Source: a virus (taxonomy: Duplodnaviria; Caudoviricetes). From it: DNA of 64,000 bases. The stretch's first letter is position 1. Every line of letters starts with the position of its first letter. The notes beneath the pieces were generated by a model that had not been told where the DNA came from, made no database searches, and saw only the letters and a list, made by a program, of their open reading frames with translations. This document shows, piece after piece, positions 1 to 10,502 of this stretch. The DNA is taken from positions 1 to 64,000 of IMG/VR virus record IMGVR_UViG_3300013121_000044. One strand, written 5' to 3'. The position numbers and the translations under genes are program-made.

Positions 1-873
1 CTTGAGGACGCGGGCTCCGTGGAGACCGGTGAGCCCTTCGCGCAGGTCCGTCGTGGGGAAAAGGTCGAGGACCCGACGCGCGGTCATCGCTTGTGTCCTG
101 TCGGATCGGATGACGGCGTACTCCGTCGGGACAGCGCGCCATTCACCGTCGTCCACCGATTGCGGCTCCGGAGGTTCCCACTCGATGACGGCGTAATTCG
201 CGCGCGTGGAGGGCCCCGCGCGAACGCCTCGCGCCACTACATCCCCGTGCCCTCGGGACGCGGCCAAGGAGTCGGAGCCGTGGCGCGCGCCGAAGAGTCG
301 ATCGAAGTAGGAGGCGAGGGTCACGCCCGCCGCTACGTCAGAAGCTCCGCCGACCAGAACCGCGTAAGCCCAGTACGTGTCCGCGCCGAAGCGCGGGCGG
401 GCGTCATCCCCGGAGTCGTAGAGGGCCTCGCCCACGGTCTTCAGGAAGTGGGCGTTCCCTCCGAGGAAGAGGGCCTCTTCCCGGAACGCGCGGCGCCAGA
501 CCGGGAGCGACCGGACGGAAGGCGGCACGCGTGCGTCGAGCGCCCCTGTCGGAGCGGAGGTTCCGAGGTCGAGGGCGCCGTCCAGGAGCGCGGCGAGTCC
601 TTTTTTTGGCAGCGGCACGAGGAGGAGGTAGCCCCCGCCGTCGTCGAGCAGGTTCGTAACGGCCCCCTCGACGGCGCTCACGGCGGCTCCAAGGGCGGCC
701 TGCGCCGTGGCGAGCGCGCCTACAGTCTCCTCGTTCGCCAGGGCCGTCGCGATCCGGAGCTCCGCGCGCGCCGCTTCAAGGGCCGTCCGCGTCGCCTCCA
801 GGCCCGCCGTCAGGCCCCCGGCCGCTTCCGTCACGGCCCCCGGCAGGGCGGGGGTCAGACTTGTCCAGCTCAC
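1..873 (-). CDS. Hypothetical protein, probably virion/baseplate-associated; runs off the window (3' partial)
   Basis: Not in the ORF track. Manual translation gives a GTG at 873 after GAGGAG, then MSWTSLTPALPGAVTEAAGG..., open to position 1 with GC-rich third positions. Confidence 0.7.
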   Translation of the reverse strand, partial: MSWTSLTPALPGAVTEAAGGLTAGLEATRTALEAARAELRIATALANEETVGALATAQAALGAAVSAVEGAVTNLLDDGGGYLLLVPLPKKGLAALLDGALDLGTSAPTGALDARVPPSVRSLPVWRRAFREEALFLGGNAHFLKTVGEALYDSGDDARPRFGADTYWAYAVLVGGASDVAAGVTLASYFDRLFGARHGSDSLAASRGHGDVVARGVRAGPSTRANYAVIEWEPPEPQSVDDGEWRAVPTEYAVIRSDRTQAMTARRVLDLFPTTDLREGLTGLHGARVLK

Positions 874-1017
874 GCGCTTCTCCTCGGAGGCTCGCGATAC
901 GCCTCCGCTTGTTGTCTGCGGCGACACGCACTAGGGTCAGTGTGAGGTCCAAGAGGGCCTCACCGATGGTGAGCATGCGCGGCCGTCGGTTCCACGACAC
1001 ACGAGGATGGTACTTCC

Positions 1018-1581
1018 ATGGCGTCCGAAACCGAACTGCTGAATTCAACGGGGCTCGTGGTGATGCTCCGCGACCCCAACACGGGGGAGGTGATGCACCT
1101 GAACTTCCCGCCGGGGACGTACGAGATCCCGCTGGAGGCGCACCTCCCGGCGCGTGTCGCGAAGGTCACTCTCTACGCCGAGCGGCTGCCTCGGGGCGGG
1201 GAGTACGACGTACGGCTGGTGTTCGACACCAACCCTCCGTCCGCAAAGGACGCCCCGCTCGGATCGACCCTCATTCAACCCGTGGCCTCCGAGGTTCTGG
1301 GGAATCGCACCACGTACCGTCCGGACGGTCCTGCGCGGTCGATCCCCCCGGCGGGCCCCCCGGAAGCTCCGGTGACCTCGGTGATCGCCCCTACGCCCCC
1401 CGAGGTGACGCCCGTGACACCCCTCCAGGTCGAGCCCTCGACGGGGGCCCCGGAGACGCCCCAGGCGCCCGCCCAGGGCGCCTCGGGAGGGGTGGACGCC
1501 CCCAAAGCCCCTTCGCCCACCACAGAGGCCCAGAAGGGCTCTCCGAAGGGGACGGGAGCGGGAGGTCGGAGGGGTCTGTAG
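1018..1581 (+). CDS. Hypothetical protein with Pro-rich C-terminus
   Basis: Protein-like N-terminal half. Fills the gap between two minus-strand genes. Confidence 0.55.
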   Translation: MASETELLNSTGLVVMLRDPNTGEVMHLNFPPGTYEIPLEAHLPARVAKVTLYAERLPRGGEYDVRLVFDTNPPSAKDAPLGSTLIQPVASEVLGNRTTYRPDGPARSIPPAGPPEAPVTSVIAPTPPEVTPVTPLQVEPSTGAPETPQAPAQGASGGVDAPKAPSPTTEAQKGSPKGTGAGGRRGL

Positions 1582-1584
1582 GGA

Positions 1585-3186
1585 TCAGATGAAGGCGGTG
1601 GCGAGGTTCGACGTGCCGACGATGTCGGCCCCGGGGGCGTTCGAGACCTGGGCGAGCTTGCCTGCGTCGGTCCCTTCCGTGACGCTCACGAGGAGCCCCG
1701 AGACGCGGCGCCCTGCCGGAACTTCCGGAGCACGCGTCGCGGCGGTCGCCGCGCCCGTCCAGATGTAGAGCCCATCCTCCGCAGGGGCGGTCTGGGCGTC
1801 GGCCCAGAAGCGCTGGCCCGCCGCCATCGCCACACCGTCTACGTTCGCGCCGGGGGCCGAGAGGTCCACGTTGGCCGGGGCACGGACGCGCGCGGTGACG
1901 GTGGTCGGGTAGCTCCCGGGACGCACTTCGCCCTGGAGCTGTGTGGTGCCCGCCAGGATCTGAAGCATGGCGTGTTCCATGTCCGAGACCCCGGCCGTGA
2001 CGAGTGCGGCAGCCGTGACGGACATCACGATCGCCGTGTCGTCGTGCGACGTGATGGTGGCCGGGGCGCCCCCCACCGTGGCGCTGAAGTCGGGACCCGC
2101 TCCGCCGTAGAGGAACTTCTGCGCCACGGCGCCGAGCGACCCCACGCCGATGGCCGTCGCCGCGACGAGTCCAGCGGCGGTGGCGTTGCCGTTGATCGCC
2201 GAAGCGAGGTTCGCCAGGGTCTCGGTGGCGCCCGTGCGGTTCACGGTGATCACGGTGCCCGTGACCGAGACCGAGTTCCCGCCCTGGTTCATCCGCAGGA
2301 TGAGGGCGATACGGTTGCCCCCGTTGCCGCCCTTGCGGGCCACGACGCGCAGACGGTTGGTCGGGTCGGTGCCCGACACGAGGAGGTCGAGCCGCGCGAT
2401 GCCGCCGCCGTCCCCGTTGTACATGTTCTTGTGCGTCGGCGTCACGACCTGGGGCGCCGTGGGGACACCGACGAGGCCGAGCTGCGTCGGCGGAACGAGG
2501 GCGGCGCCGACGAGAGCGAGCGCGGTCACGAACGACGCGGCGGCCGAGCCGTTGATCTGAGCCGCGACGGCGGTGGCCGTGGGGCCGGCGGCGGCGGGCG
2601 TGACCGTGATGAGGACCACCCCGTCGGCCTGCATCGCGACGGTCACGGAGCCCGCGCCCGAGGGGGGCAGGATTCGGATGCCGATGCGGTTCCCGAGGGG
2701 GCCCACGTCGACGGCCGTGAGGCGCAGCACCTTCTGGGCGGGATTGAACCGGCGGACCCCGGTCATGCCAGGGTTCACGTCCCCGAGCTGGGAGAGCACC
2801 TCGAAGACCGCGTTGGTGCCGTTGAGGAGCCCGACGCCTCGCACGGTGAGCTGACCGTCCACCGAGGTCGAGATGACGGCGGTCTCCTCGATCTGGTGGA
2901 TGCGGGGGTTGCGGCTCGGTGTCGGTACGATCCCCCACACGATGGCGGGCATGGTCGACCCCGGGATCACCACGCCGGCCGCGTCGAGCGCGGGCACGCG
3001 CCGCTGCTCCATGTCCTTGATGCGCGGCCTCACGCGATCCCAGGACGAATTCGTCAGGGTGTAGACCCGCGTCTCGGCGGCGTTGAGTCCATCCCCACGG
3101 AACATGGCGTTCAGCGCGGCTGCTTCCAGGCCGAGATCGTCCTGGAACGAGATGTTGGCGAAGGCCGTGACAGTCAGTTCGATCAT
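1585..3186 (-). CDS. Virion structural protein (two sheath-like repeats plus C-terminal fibre/decoration module)
   Basis: ATG at 3186 after GAGGAG. Repeats LRLTAVDVGPLGNRIGI and LRVVARKGGNGGNRIAL. C-terminal VRAPANVDLSAPGANVDGVAMAAGQRFW...QTAPAEDGLY resembles a common phage fibre/decoration motif. Confidence 0.65.
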   Translation of the reverse strand: MIELTVTAFANISFQDDLGLEAAALNAMFRGDGLNAAETRVYTLTNSSWDRVRPRIKDMEQRRVPALDAAGVVIPGSTMPAIVWGIVPTPSRNPRIHQIEETAVISTSVDGQLTVRGVGLLNGTNAVFEVLSQLGDVNPGMTGVRRFNPAQKVLRLTAVDVGPLGNRIGIRILPPSGAGSVTVAMQADGVVLITVTPAAAGPTATAVAAQINGSAAASFVTALALVGAALVPPTQLGLVGVPTAPQVVTPTHKNMYNGDGGGIARLDLLVSGTDPTNRLRVVARKGGNGGNRIALILRMNQGGNSVSVTGTVITVNRTGATETLANLASAINGNATAAGLVAATAIGVGSLGAVAQKFLYGGAGPDFSATVGGAPATITSHDDTAIVMSVTAAALVTAGVSDMEHAMLQILAGTTQLQGEVRPGSYPTTVTARVRAPANVDLSAPGANVDGVAMAAGQRFWADAQTAPAEDGLYIWTGAATAATRAPEVPAGRRVSGLLVSVTEGTDAGKLAQVSNAPGADIVGTSNLATAFI

Positions 3187-3238
3187 GAGTACTCCTCGGC
3201 CCCCTCCCAGGGGGCCGTGAGGAGTATAGGTTCTGCGC

Positions 3239-4624
3239 TTATCGCAGTTTGACGACGAGAGCCTTCGCAGGCTCGAAACGAACCGTGAAGGAGCTGGCGT
3301 ACGCGGCGAGGGAGAGATCCGGCAGCGCCATGGGGGAAGGCGAGGTGACCACATCGTGACGATGACCCGCGACGGAGGCCGAGAGCGCGTTCAAGCGCGA
3401 GATGATCGCGCTCAGAATGGTCACCAGCTCCTCGTACTTCGTCCCATGGGAACTCGCTCCCGTGCCGAGGACGATTCGGTCCGGCAGGACGGTGTCGACG
3501 AGGAACGTCTCCAGGCGTGGGTCGATCGTCACCCCGCGTCCGGCGACCTTGGCGAGGGCCGTCGCGGTGAGGAGAGCTTCTCCGCCCGACCGGAGCGAGG
3601 CGCTCCCGACTCCGGTCAGGACGAGATCGGTACCCGAAACAACTTCGATCAGGGAGCCCGCTGCGGCGTGCCACGCGCCTCCGATCTCGTCTTTCCGAAG
3701 CCCCCCTACGCGTTCGGAACGGTCCCCCGTGATTTCGTGCGCCCCGCTCCCGTGATGGGCCGTTTCGTGGACAGCCCCGGGCCCGTCGCCTCCGGTCTGT
3801 GCGATCCCCCCGGCTGCGAAGAGTTCGACGTGACCTTGGGCGTCGACGTGGAGACGGAAGAGCGCCTGACCCTCGCGGTTCGTGAGTTCCAGACGGATCA
3901 CGTCCCCCTCGCTCCCCACGTCGAGCGCCACGGTGTAGCGCCCCTCGTCAGGGCCAGTCTGGGTCGTCTGGTCGGTGCCGCCGCGCCAGCGGTAGTTCGT
4001 GTGCCCGCCTTCGTTCGTATACGCGGACTCCCCCACCCAGGTGGAGGTTCGGAGCTCGCCGGCCGTGATGTGAACCCTGTCCCCATCCCCGAATGCTTGA
4101 ACGCGCGCGAGGGGCCCTCCTTGAAGTTGCGCCACGCGCCCGCGCAGGGCGGCGACGGAAGCCCCGTCCGGCCCCCGCAGGGCGGCGTCGCCCGGGAGGA
4201 GGTCCGTGGGGGCTCCGGGGTCCCGTGCCGAGGCCGTGAGTCCCCGGTCGAGGGCGGGGTCCGCGCCGCCGTGACCGTCGAGTCCGGAGAGCGTCGGGCC
4301 CGCGTCGGTGTGCGCGGTTCCGAGCGGGAGGATCCCGAAGATGTAAGGTTCTCCGAGGGCGTTGGAGACGACGACGTTCGTCCCGGGTTCGAGGAGGCCC
4401 GTGTCCCCGGGGGAGGTTCGGATGCGCCCCATGGTGGCGGTTCGGCCGCTATTCAAGGAGACGCGATAGGAGTGCCGCCGCGCGTCCACCTCCAGGATCA
4501 CGCCACGCTCGAACGCGGTGGGGGGCGCCCCGAGGACCGCGTTTGCGTGCGGACGCCCCGGAGCGACGAGAAGTGGGTTGGGGGTCTCAGGGAGTCGGGC
4601 GGAAGGACGGCGGGGTGGTGCCAT
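3239..4624 (-). CDS. Baseplate central spike (gpV/gp5-like)
   Basis: N-terminal OB-fold-like GVILEVDARRHSYRV, beta-rich repeats, C-terminal HxH (GHRH). Directly downstream of the tail tube gene. Confidence 0.7.
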   Translation of the reverse strand: MAPPRRPSARLPETPNPLLVAPGRPHANAVLGAPPTAFERGVILEVDARRHSYRVSLNSGRTATMGRIRTSPGDTGLLEPGTNVVVSNALGEPYIFGILPLGTAHTDAGPTLSGLDGHGGADPALDRGLTASARDPGAPTDLLPGDAALRGPDGASVAALRGRVAQLQGGPLARVQAFGDGDRVHITAGELRTSTWVGESAYTNEGGHTNYRWRGGTDQTTQTGPDEGRYTVALDVGSEGDVIRLELTNREGQALFRLHVDAQGHVELFAAGGIAQTGGDGPGAVHETAHHGSGAHEITGDRSERVGGLRKDEIGGAWHAAAGSLIEVVSGTDLVLTGVGSASLRSGGEALLTATALAKVAGRGVTIDPRLETFLVDTVLPDRIVLGTGASSHGTKYEELVTILSAIISRLNALSASVAGHRHDVVTSPSPMALPDLSLAAYASSFTVRFEPAKALVVKLR

Positions 4625-4661
4625 ACAGGGAGCCTACGCTCCCGTACGCCGTATGCCGAGG

Positions 4662-5444
4662 TCAGAGGGCGGCGACGGAGGCGTCCCCGAGTCCGCCCGC
4701 GCCGGCCGATCCGATGCGGTTGTAGACGGCCTCGGGGCTCGTGTTCGGGGCGAGGCCGAGGACGGCGTCCATGAGGACGCGACCGACGTGCGGCACCTCC
4801 ATCGCGTCCGACGCCTGGAAAGGCAGGATGCGGTCGCAGGAGCCCGAGACGGACTCGACGAGCATGGACTGACCGCTCGCGATCTGCGTCCCCCACGACC
4901 CGACGAGGCAGAGCTCCAGGTAGCACCCGCCGACGAGGGTGTGGCTCTTCGTGCGCATGACCACCCCCAGGCCGAAGGGGATGTAGAAGAGCTCGCTGTC
5001 GAGGTTGATGAAGAACTGACTCTGCGGCGAGCCGTCGAACGCGGCCGGGTCGTCGAACTGGTCGACGTTGATCCCGGCTTCGACGGCGTTGTGGTAGAGC
5101 GCCCGCAAGAGGTTGAAGCCGTTCAGCATCACGCGCTGGATCGACCACGAGGACTGCGACTTCCCTCGAAGAAAGAAGCTGCGTCCCGATCCGATTGCCA
5201 TCATCGGCTGAACAGGGGCCTGCGACTGCATCGAGAAGGACTGAAACATGCCGAGCGCCCGCATGGATCGGGGGCTTGAACGTTCCGCGCGCGCGACGCT
5301 CCGGCGCGCAGGCCCGGCCAGGATGAGGGTGTCATCGGGGTGCGCGGCGTCGTACGTAGCGTTGTCGAGCATCCGCTCGACGTGGTGGCGGTTGAAGTTC
5401 CAGGTGCCGAGTGCGCGGGTGATGCCGAGGGGGTAGGCGGGCAT
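4662..5444 (-). CDS. Tail tube protein
   Basis: GMFQSFSMQSQAPVQPMMAIGS...SIQRVMLNG and LELCLVGSWGTQIASGQSMLVESVS match the contractile-tail tube pattern. Downstream of the sheath gene. Confidence 0.75.
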   Translation of the reverse strand: MPAYPLGITRALGTWNFNRHHVERMLDNATYDAAHPDDTLILAGPARRSVARAERSSPRSMRALGMFQSFSMQSQAPVQPMMAIGSGRSFFLRGKSQSSWSIQRVMLNGFNLLRALYHNAVEAGINVDQFDDPAAFDGSPQSQFFINLDSELFYIPFGLGVVMRTKSHTLVGGCYLELCLVGSWGTQIASGQSMLVESVSGSCDRILPFQASDAMEVPHVGRVLMDAVLGLAPNTSPEAVYNRIGSAGAGGLGDASVAAL

Positions 5445-5463
5445 GAGAGCTCCTGAGGGAAGG

Positions 5464-6060
5464 TTAGTGACCGCCCTCGCTAGGGTGTTTGTACCGGTCG
5501 TAGAGAGCCGACCCGAACAACGCCAAGCCCGCGAGATCCTTCAGGCCCGGTTTGCGTTCCGCAGGGTCACCCACCATCGACGCGAGGGTCGTACCCCCGA
5601 GACCTACGAGCCCGGCGCCCTCCAGGTAGGTGTGCCAGGGGTGCTCGTGCGGGAGGAGCGTGGCTCCGATCATCGCGCCGTAGCTTCCGACGTTGATGGC
5701 GTCCTGGACGCCGAACGCGAGCTTCGTGCGGACGAGCTGGAGGAGGCGTGCTTCGAGGGACCCTACCTTCATCCCAGGGCGGACGCCCGGAGGCGCCGGG
5801 GGTGGTTCCGGGGGCTTCACGGAGTCGTAGAGCCCCTTGGCGGTGTTGATGGCACCCACGCCTGTCCCGACGTTGTGCGCCATCTGGGCGCCGCGCGTGG
5901 CGTTCTGGGCGAGCGGGACGCCCATCATGCCCTTGCCGACGTTCAGCGCCGCGCGGCCCGCCGAAGCGGCTGCCGGGGCGGCGCGCGGCGCCATGCGAGC
6001 GAGCGCGCCCCAGAAGGCGACCTTCTCTGGCTCCGCGAAGCGCTCGTAGAAACCCACCAT
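5464..6060 (-). CDS. Hypothetical virion protein with hydrophobic Gly/Ala segments
   Basis: Start overlaps the sheath stop. KxA motifs (EKVAF, TKLAF). Confidence 0.6.
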   Translation of the reverse strand: MVGFYERFAEPEKVAFWGALARMAPRAAPAAASAGRAALNVGKGMMGVPLAQNATRGAQMAHNVGTGVGAINTAKGLYDSVKPPEPPPAPPGVRPGMKVGSLEARLLQLVRTKLAFGVQDAINVGSYGAMIGATLLPHEHPWHTYLEGAGLVGLGGTTLASMVGDPAERKPGLKDLAGLALFGSALYDRYKHPSEGGH

Positions 6061-9000
6061 CAGCGCTGAACCACGAGGTGGAAAGCGATGTTGTTGAGGG
6101 GGCGCGCGACCCTGGCGCTGAAGACCATTTCAGCGGTGTCCGCCGCCGCTGCGCTCGGGGCCAGGGAGATGATCGACCCCGAGAGAAGGGGCGGCCCGAT
6201 CCGCTGGATGAAGCGGCCCGTCAAGAGCGTGGTGTTGTCCTGGACGGCGCGGTAGACCTCGTTGAGGGCCTCGGGGATGTTGTTGTACTGCCCGAGGAAG
6301 CTCTTGAGGAGCGCCTGATAGAAGACCGACAGGTAGTCGACGTTCTTGACGACCGAGAGCTCCCCCGTCTCCAGGCTGGTGGGGTCCGTGGTGAGCTGGT
6401 GGTTGCAGGAAGGCAGAGCCCCCTCCACCTCTTGCGTGCAGACGAAGAACCCTCCATCAGAAATGGTCGAGAGCTCTTCCTCGGAGAACATGTCCGAAGC
6501 GTTCTTCAGCCGGTCGACCCCGATGAAGGTGCCGTTGGTGAGGCCCATCTGAGGGGGCGTCCCCGCGATGACACCGGCCACGGCGCAGGCGAGGTAGTAC
6601 GACGGCAGGTAACCCGCCAGAGTCCGCACCGAAGGCAGCGTCCTGGGCAGTGAGCCGTCCCGCAGGTCCGCCACGCCGACGAGGTCCGGCCACATGAGCG
6701 TCAGTCGCTTCGAGCGGACCGACTGAGCGATCGCGACGAGCGCGAGTGCTTGGTCCTCGGTCGTGAGCGTACGGCGTACGCGGTAGGCGATCGCGTTGGG
6801 CGCGGTGATGTCGACATAGCGATCTTGGAAGTCGCGCGCGAAGTAGTGCGGGAGTTCCCGGGCAGTGTCCGCCGCGTCGTCGAAACCGTTCGCGATGCGG
6901 AACCGGTTTTCGTTGAGGGTGGTCGCGATGGGGTACGAGAGCACCCGGCCCGAGAACGCTGAGGGTCCGTAGTCGTTCGGGTCGAGCGGAATCTCGACGC
7001 GATCACCGGCGCGAACGCCGGCCTGGAGGAAGGTGGCGCTCGCGTCTTCGAGCTGATTGAAGAGGGCGTCGTTGAGGATGACCTGCGCCGTGCAGCTCCC
7101 CGTGATGGGCATGATCGAGGCAGGGGCGACCGGGCTCTGCGTCCCCGGATCCACCACGTTCGTCCCGCCCGCCGTCACCACGGCGGTCATCAATGCCGAG
7201 AGCGTCGCGTTCGCAGCGACCGCCGCCGCCACCTGAGCGTGCGTCGTGGTGCCGCCGACGGTGATGGTGATGGCGAAACCCACCACCGTGATCGCGAGGG
7301 CGGAGCCTGCGGCGTAGGTGATCGTGTAGGGCCCACCCGTCACCGTGGGCGACAGCATGGCGAAACGAATCGTGCCGAGCGTACCGCCGCCCCCCGTGGA
7401 CACGTCGAGGCGCGCGAGGTTCGAGATCTTGACCGTCCCGTCGGGCCCTCGCACGAGGATCTCGATGTCATCGGCCCCTGCCGCCGCCGTGTCGTCCCAA
7501 CGGCTCGTTCCGGGGATGATCTCCAGGGCCGAGGGGTCTCCGGGGTTCGGGTCGTTGACCGAGCTGTTGACGTGTCCGACGCGGTGCGTCCCGCGCCGAT
7601 TCTGCCACGCGGTGGTCCCCGTGCGGATGAGCCCGATGGTCACCGAGTCGCCGGGCACCACGGACCGCACCCCCACGGAACCGGTGGACGCGGCGTCGAT
7701 GGAGATCGTCCGGTAGAGGTTCGTGACGGCCGATCCCACGGTCTGCGACACGCCCGAGATGGACCCTTCGTACACGGTCTGGGCGACGGGGAGGGACACG
7801 CTCCCGAGCGCGATGCGGAAGCGCTGCATCACGCCACGATCGCGGGCGTAGATCGGGGACGCCTGTTGCTCGAAGGCCGCCTTCGCCGCCGCATGGACGT
7901 TCAGGTCTTGCGTCAGGTTGACGAAGACGTAGAGATCGCCGCGCGACGCGGTCCGAGCGCGCGCGTTGGCGTAGCCCGTCGAGTCGTCCGCCGAGACTCC
8001 GTAGTAGTAGATCGGGACGTTGCCGCCGTTGTCGAGCGCGAGCTTCACCCCCACGGCGAGGGGGTTCCGCGCGTCGAGCTTGCCGATGCCGCGAATCGTC
8101 GGAATGCCGTTGACCGTCTGCTGGTCTGTCGGGACCGCAGATCGAACGCCCTGGAGGTCTTGTCGCAGGGCTCGGTAGCCGAGATAGACCTGCGCGTAGG
8201 AGAGCGCCCGCGTGACCGTGGACGCGCTCGGGGAAGGCGTCGCCACCGTCGGACGAGGCGTGAGGGGGAGGCTCAGGGTCACGCCCCCCTTGATCACCAG
8301 CTTGTCCGAACCCGGCTCCGGGAAGACGATGAGGGTGCGCGTGGGATCCGTGAGTTCGCGCGTGGAGAGGGTCCGTTCGATACGGGCCTCCCCCAGCGCG
8401 TCGTACACCCACCGATCCGCGCCCGTCGTGCCTCCGGTCATGCCCGACACGAGGAAGACTGCGTTCGCCACGGTCTCGGTGATGGTGACGTTACCGAAGG
8501 CGCCCGCTGCGTCGTTCGTCAGGTTGAGAGTGTTCCCAGACCCCGGGGCGGCGGTGATGGCGAGGCCCCCTACCACCCCGTTGATGGCCGTGACCATGGC
8601 GTCGCGCACCTGGGACGCGGACCACCCGGGGGTGATCGGAACGGCTACACGACCGCCTGCGACCACGCCGTCTCGATCGAACTCGAAGACAGTCGCCGGG
8701 TTCACCCCGTCGTTGAGCGTGAAGGTTTCCCCCTCGTCGGCGCCCCCGGCCATACCCACGACCAGGAACCCGGCGTCCACCACCGTGTCCGTGATCGCGA
8801 CGTTACCGGCCACGAGGCAACGGTCCGCTGCGAGGTTCACGACCCCGGCACCTCCGGGAGAAGCCGAGATGCGCAGCCCCGCGCCCACGCCCTGGATGGC
8901 TGTGACGATCGCGCCGCGCACGGTGGCCTGAGAGTCGCCTACCGTGAAGGGGATCGCGACGTTTCCGCCGCTGACCCCGCCCCCCGAATCGAACTCGAAC

Positions 9001-9737
9001 ACCGTGGCAGGGTTCACGCCGTCGTTGAGCGTGAAGGTTTCGCCGTCGACGAGGGCTGCGCCGCCCCCCGCAGGCACGGTGATGGAACCCGTGGCGAAGG
9101 CTCCCACGAGCGCGGACTCGGCGACGGCGGTCATCGACCCGGTCGCCGTGGCGTCCGGGGTGGGGAGCTGCTGCGTGATGCGCAGGAGCGCCTCGTTGCC
9201 GGCCGGGATCAGCCCGTCCCCGTTCGGCTCGCCGACGGACGCGATGGTTCGCGCCACGGTCTGGCCCGAGCTCGATGTGAGGATGATCCGATCGCCCGGT
9301 TGAACCCCTGCCTGCACGAGGTTCGTCGTCACGGAGGTGAACGTGATGAGGGTCCGGTCCGCCGCCGTGGTCGTCACGCGCGTCCCGAGCACCGGGGCGA
9401 TGCCCGAGGAGAGATACGTCGAACCCAGGACGACGCGGGGGGTGCGCAGGGTCACGCGCGCCGAGCCGTGGTCGACCCGGGCGCCTGCGCTCTGACCGGG
9501 GAAGCCGCCGTCGAGCACCGTGACGGCGTCGGTGCCCGTGGCGGGCGGCGCGTACGTGGCGTCCTGCTCCAGTTGCCCGTAGGCCGAGGGGAGCAGGATC
9601 TGATCCCCGTCATCGGGGTAGTCCAGTACGTCGTACGCCGGGCCCACGATCACGGCGTTGAGGTCGGGGGTCGCGGGGGTCGCCGAGGGCTGGGCGATCT
9701 CCTGGAAGATCAGGATCAGAGGCTTGAGGGACGCCAT
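6060..9737 (-). CDS. Tail sheath protein (1225 aa, with large insertions)
   Basis: N-terminal IFQEIAQPS...AVIVGPAY. C-terminal sheath signature YLACAVAG...HQLTTD...ELSVVKNVDY...PLNNI. Upstream of the tube gene. Confidence 0.85.
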   Translation of the reverse strand: MASLKPLILIFQEIAQPSATPATPDLNAVIVGPAYDVLDYPDDGDQILLPSAYGQLEQDATYAPPATGTDAVTVLDGGFPGQSAGARVDHGSARVTLRTPRVVLGSTYLSSGIAPVLGTRVTTTAADRTLITFTSVTTNLVQAGVQPGDRIILTSSSGQTVARTIASVGEPNGDGLIPAGNEALLRITQQLPTPDATATGSMTAVAESALVGAFATGSITVPAGGGAALVDGETFTLNDGVNPATVFEFDSGGGVSGGNVAIPFTVGDSQATVRGAIVTAIQGVGAGLRISASPGGAGVVNLAADRCLVAGNVAITDTVVDAGFLVVGMAGGADEGETFTLNDGVNPATVFEFDRDGVVAGGRVAVPITPGWSASQVRDAMVTAINGVVGGLAITAAPGSGNTLNLTNDAAGAFGNVTITETVANAVFLVSGMTGGTTGADRWVYDALGEARIERTLSTRELTDPTRTLIVFPEPGSDKLVIKGGVTLSLPLTPRPTVATPSPSASTVTRALSYAQVYLGYRALRQDLQGVRSAVPTDQQTVNGIPTIRGIGKLDARNPLAVGVKLALDNGGNVPIYYYGVSADDSTGYANARARTASRGDLYVFVNLTQDLNVHAAAKAAFEQQASPIYARDRGVMQRFRIALGSVSLPVAQTVYEGSISGVSQTVGSAVTNLYRTISIDAASTGSVGVRSVVPGDSVTIGLIRTGTTAWQNRRGTHRVGHVNSSVNDPNPGDPSALEIIPGTSRWDDTAAAGADDIEILVRGPDGTVKISNLARLDVSTGGGGTLGTIRFAMLSPTVTGGPYTITYAAGSALAITVVGFAITITVGGTTTHAQVAAAVAANATLSALMTAVVTAGGTNVVDPGTQSPVAPASIMPITGSCTAQVILNDALFNQLEDASATFLQAGVRAGDRVEIPLDPNDYGPSAFSGRVLSYPIATTLNENRFRIANGFDDAADTARELPHYFARDFQDRYVDITAPNAIAYRVRRTLTTEDQALALVAIAQSVRSKRLTLMWPDLVGVADLRDGSLPRTLPSVRTLAGYLPSYYLACAVAGVIAGTPPQMGLTNGTFIGVDRLKNASDMFSEEELSTISDGGFFVCTQEVEGALPSCNHQLTTDPTSLETGELSVVKNVDYLSVFYQALLKSFLGQYNNIPEALNEVYRAVQDNTTLLTGRFIQRIGPPLLSGSIISLAPSAAAADTAEMVFSARVARPLNNIAFHLVVQR

Positions 9738-9751
9738 GGTTGTCCCGAAGG

Positions 9752-10501
9752 TTAGGGGGTCCGATGTTGCAGGACTTCGCGCAGGTCTGTGATCTGTCCG
9801 TTCGTGTCAAGACGCAGTGCAAGTTCGCGCAGGACGGGCGCCAGCGGCCACCGCCACCACTTGAACTGGATCTCGGTCCCCAGCGTGACGGCGGTGTTCC
9901 AAAATTCGGTCTCACCGCCCGCACGCTTGTAAATCACCGTCTCTGCGATCGTGGGCATCTCGATCGAGTGCACCCCGAACGCAGCGCGAATGTCCGGCGC
10001 GGAGCCGACGAAGAAAGAGGCGACCACGTCCGCGAGGGTCTGACTCTCCCCGGAATCGCGGGAGAGACAGGAGACAGTGATCGGGACGACCGCGTGGCAG
10101 AGGAGGGCCTCCCCGCCTCTCGGGTAATCGTGCGCGACTCGGTTCCCTGTGCCGAGCTTCAAAAACTGGATCGTCCCCCGTCCCACGAGGAGGGCGGGAC
10201 GCACGTTGCGGGCTGTCGGATATTGCGTCGAGGCGAGTTCGATGTAGATACGTCGAGGGGCAGGCGCCTCCTCTTCATCATCGCCCGGGAGCGCGCCCGC
10301 GTCGTCGTCTTCGGGGGTCGGGTCGGCCGTCCAAACCCAGGGGAGGCCGCCCTCGTTCGGCTCGAAGAAACGCGCCTGGAGAACGGACGTGAACACCGCC
10401 AGGAGGGCGTTCGGCGACGACGGGAACACGTCCGGGTGCTGGTCCGACACCCGGGTCATGTTGAGGAAGGAGGTTCCGGGCCTTGGCGCTTGGTCGCTCA
10501 C
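9752..10501 (-). CDS. Putative tail completion/terminator protein
   Basis: Position between neck and sheath genes; size and beta-rich pattern fit. Confidence 0.5.
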   Translation of the reverse strand: MSDQAPRPGTSFLNMTRVSDQHPDVFPSSPNALLAVFTSVLQARFFEPNEGGLPWVWTADPTPEDDDAGALPGDDEEEAPAPRRIYIELASTQYPTARNVRPALLVGRGTIQFLKLGTGNRVAHDYPRGGEALLCHAVVPITVSCLSRDSGESQTLADVVASFFVGSAPDIRAAFGVHSIEMPTIAETVIYKRAGGETEFWNTAVTLGTEIQFKWWRWPLAPVLRELALRLDTNGQITDLREVLQHRTP

Positions 10502-10502
10502 G

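Noticed and set aside
112-195. Near-matches to the palindrome (GACGGCGTA at 112 and 187; also near 16133, 26754 and 48036)
   Set aside because: One-mismatch or different-spacer variants are explained by ordinary codon usage and were left out of the count.
1-873. Possible frameshifted pseudogene at the window start
   Set aside because: Careful re-reading shows one continuous minus-strand frame; it is missing from the track only because it has no stop within the window.
3239-10501. Extracellular contractile injection system or tailocin
   Set aside because: Capsid, portal, protease, terminase and replication genes are present, so this is a phage.
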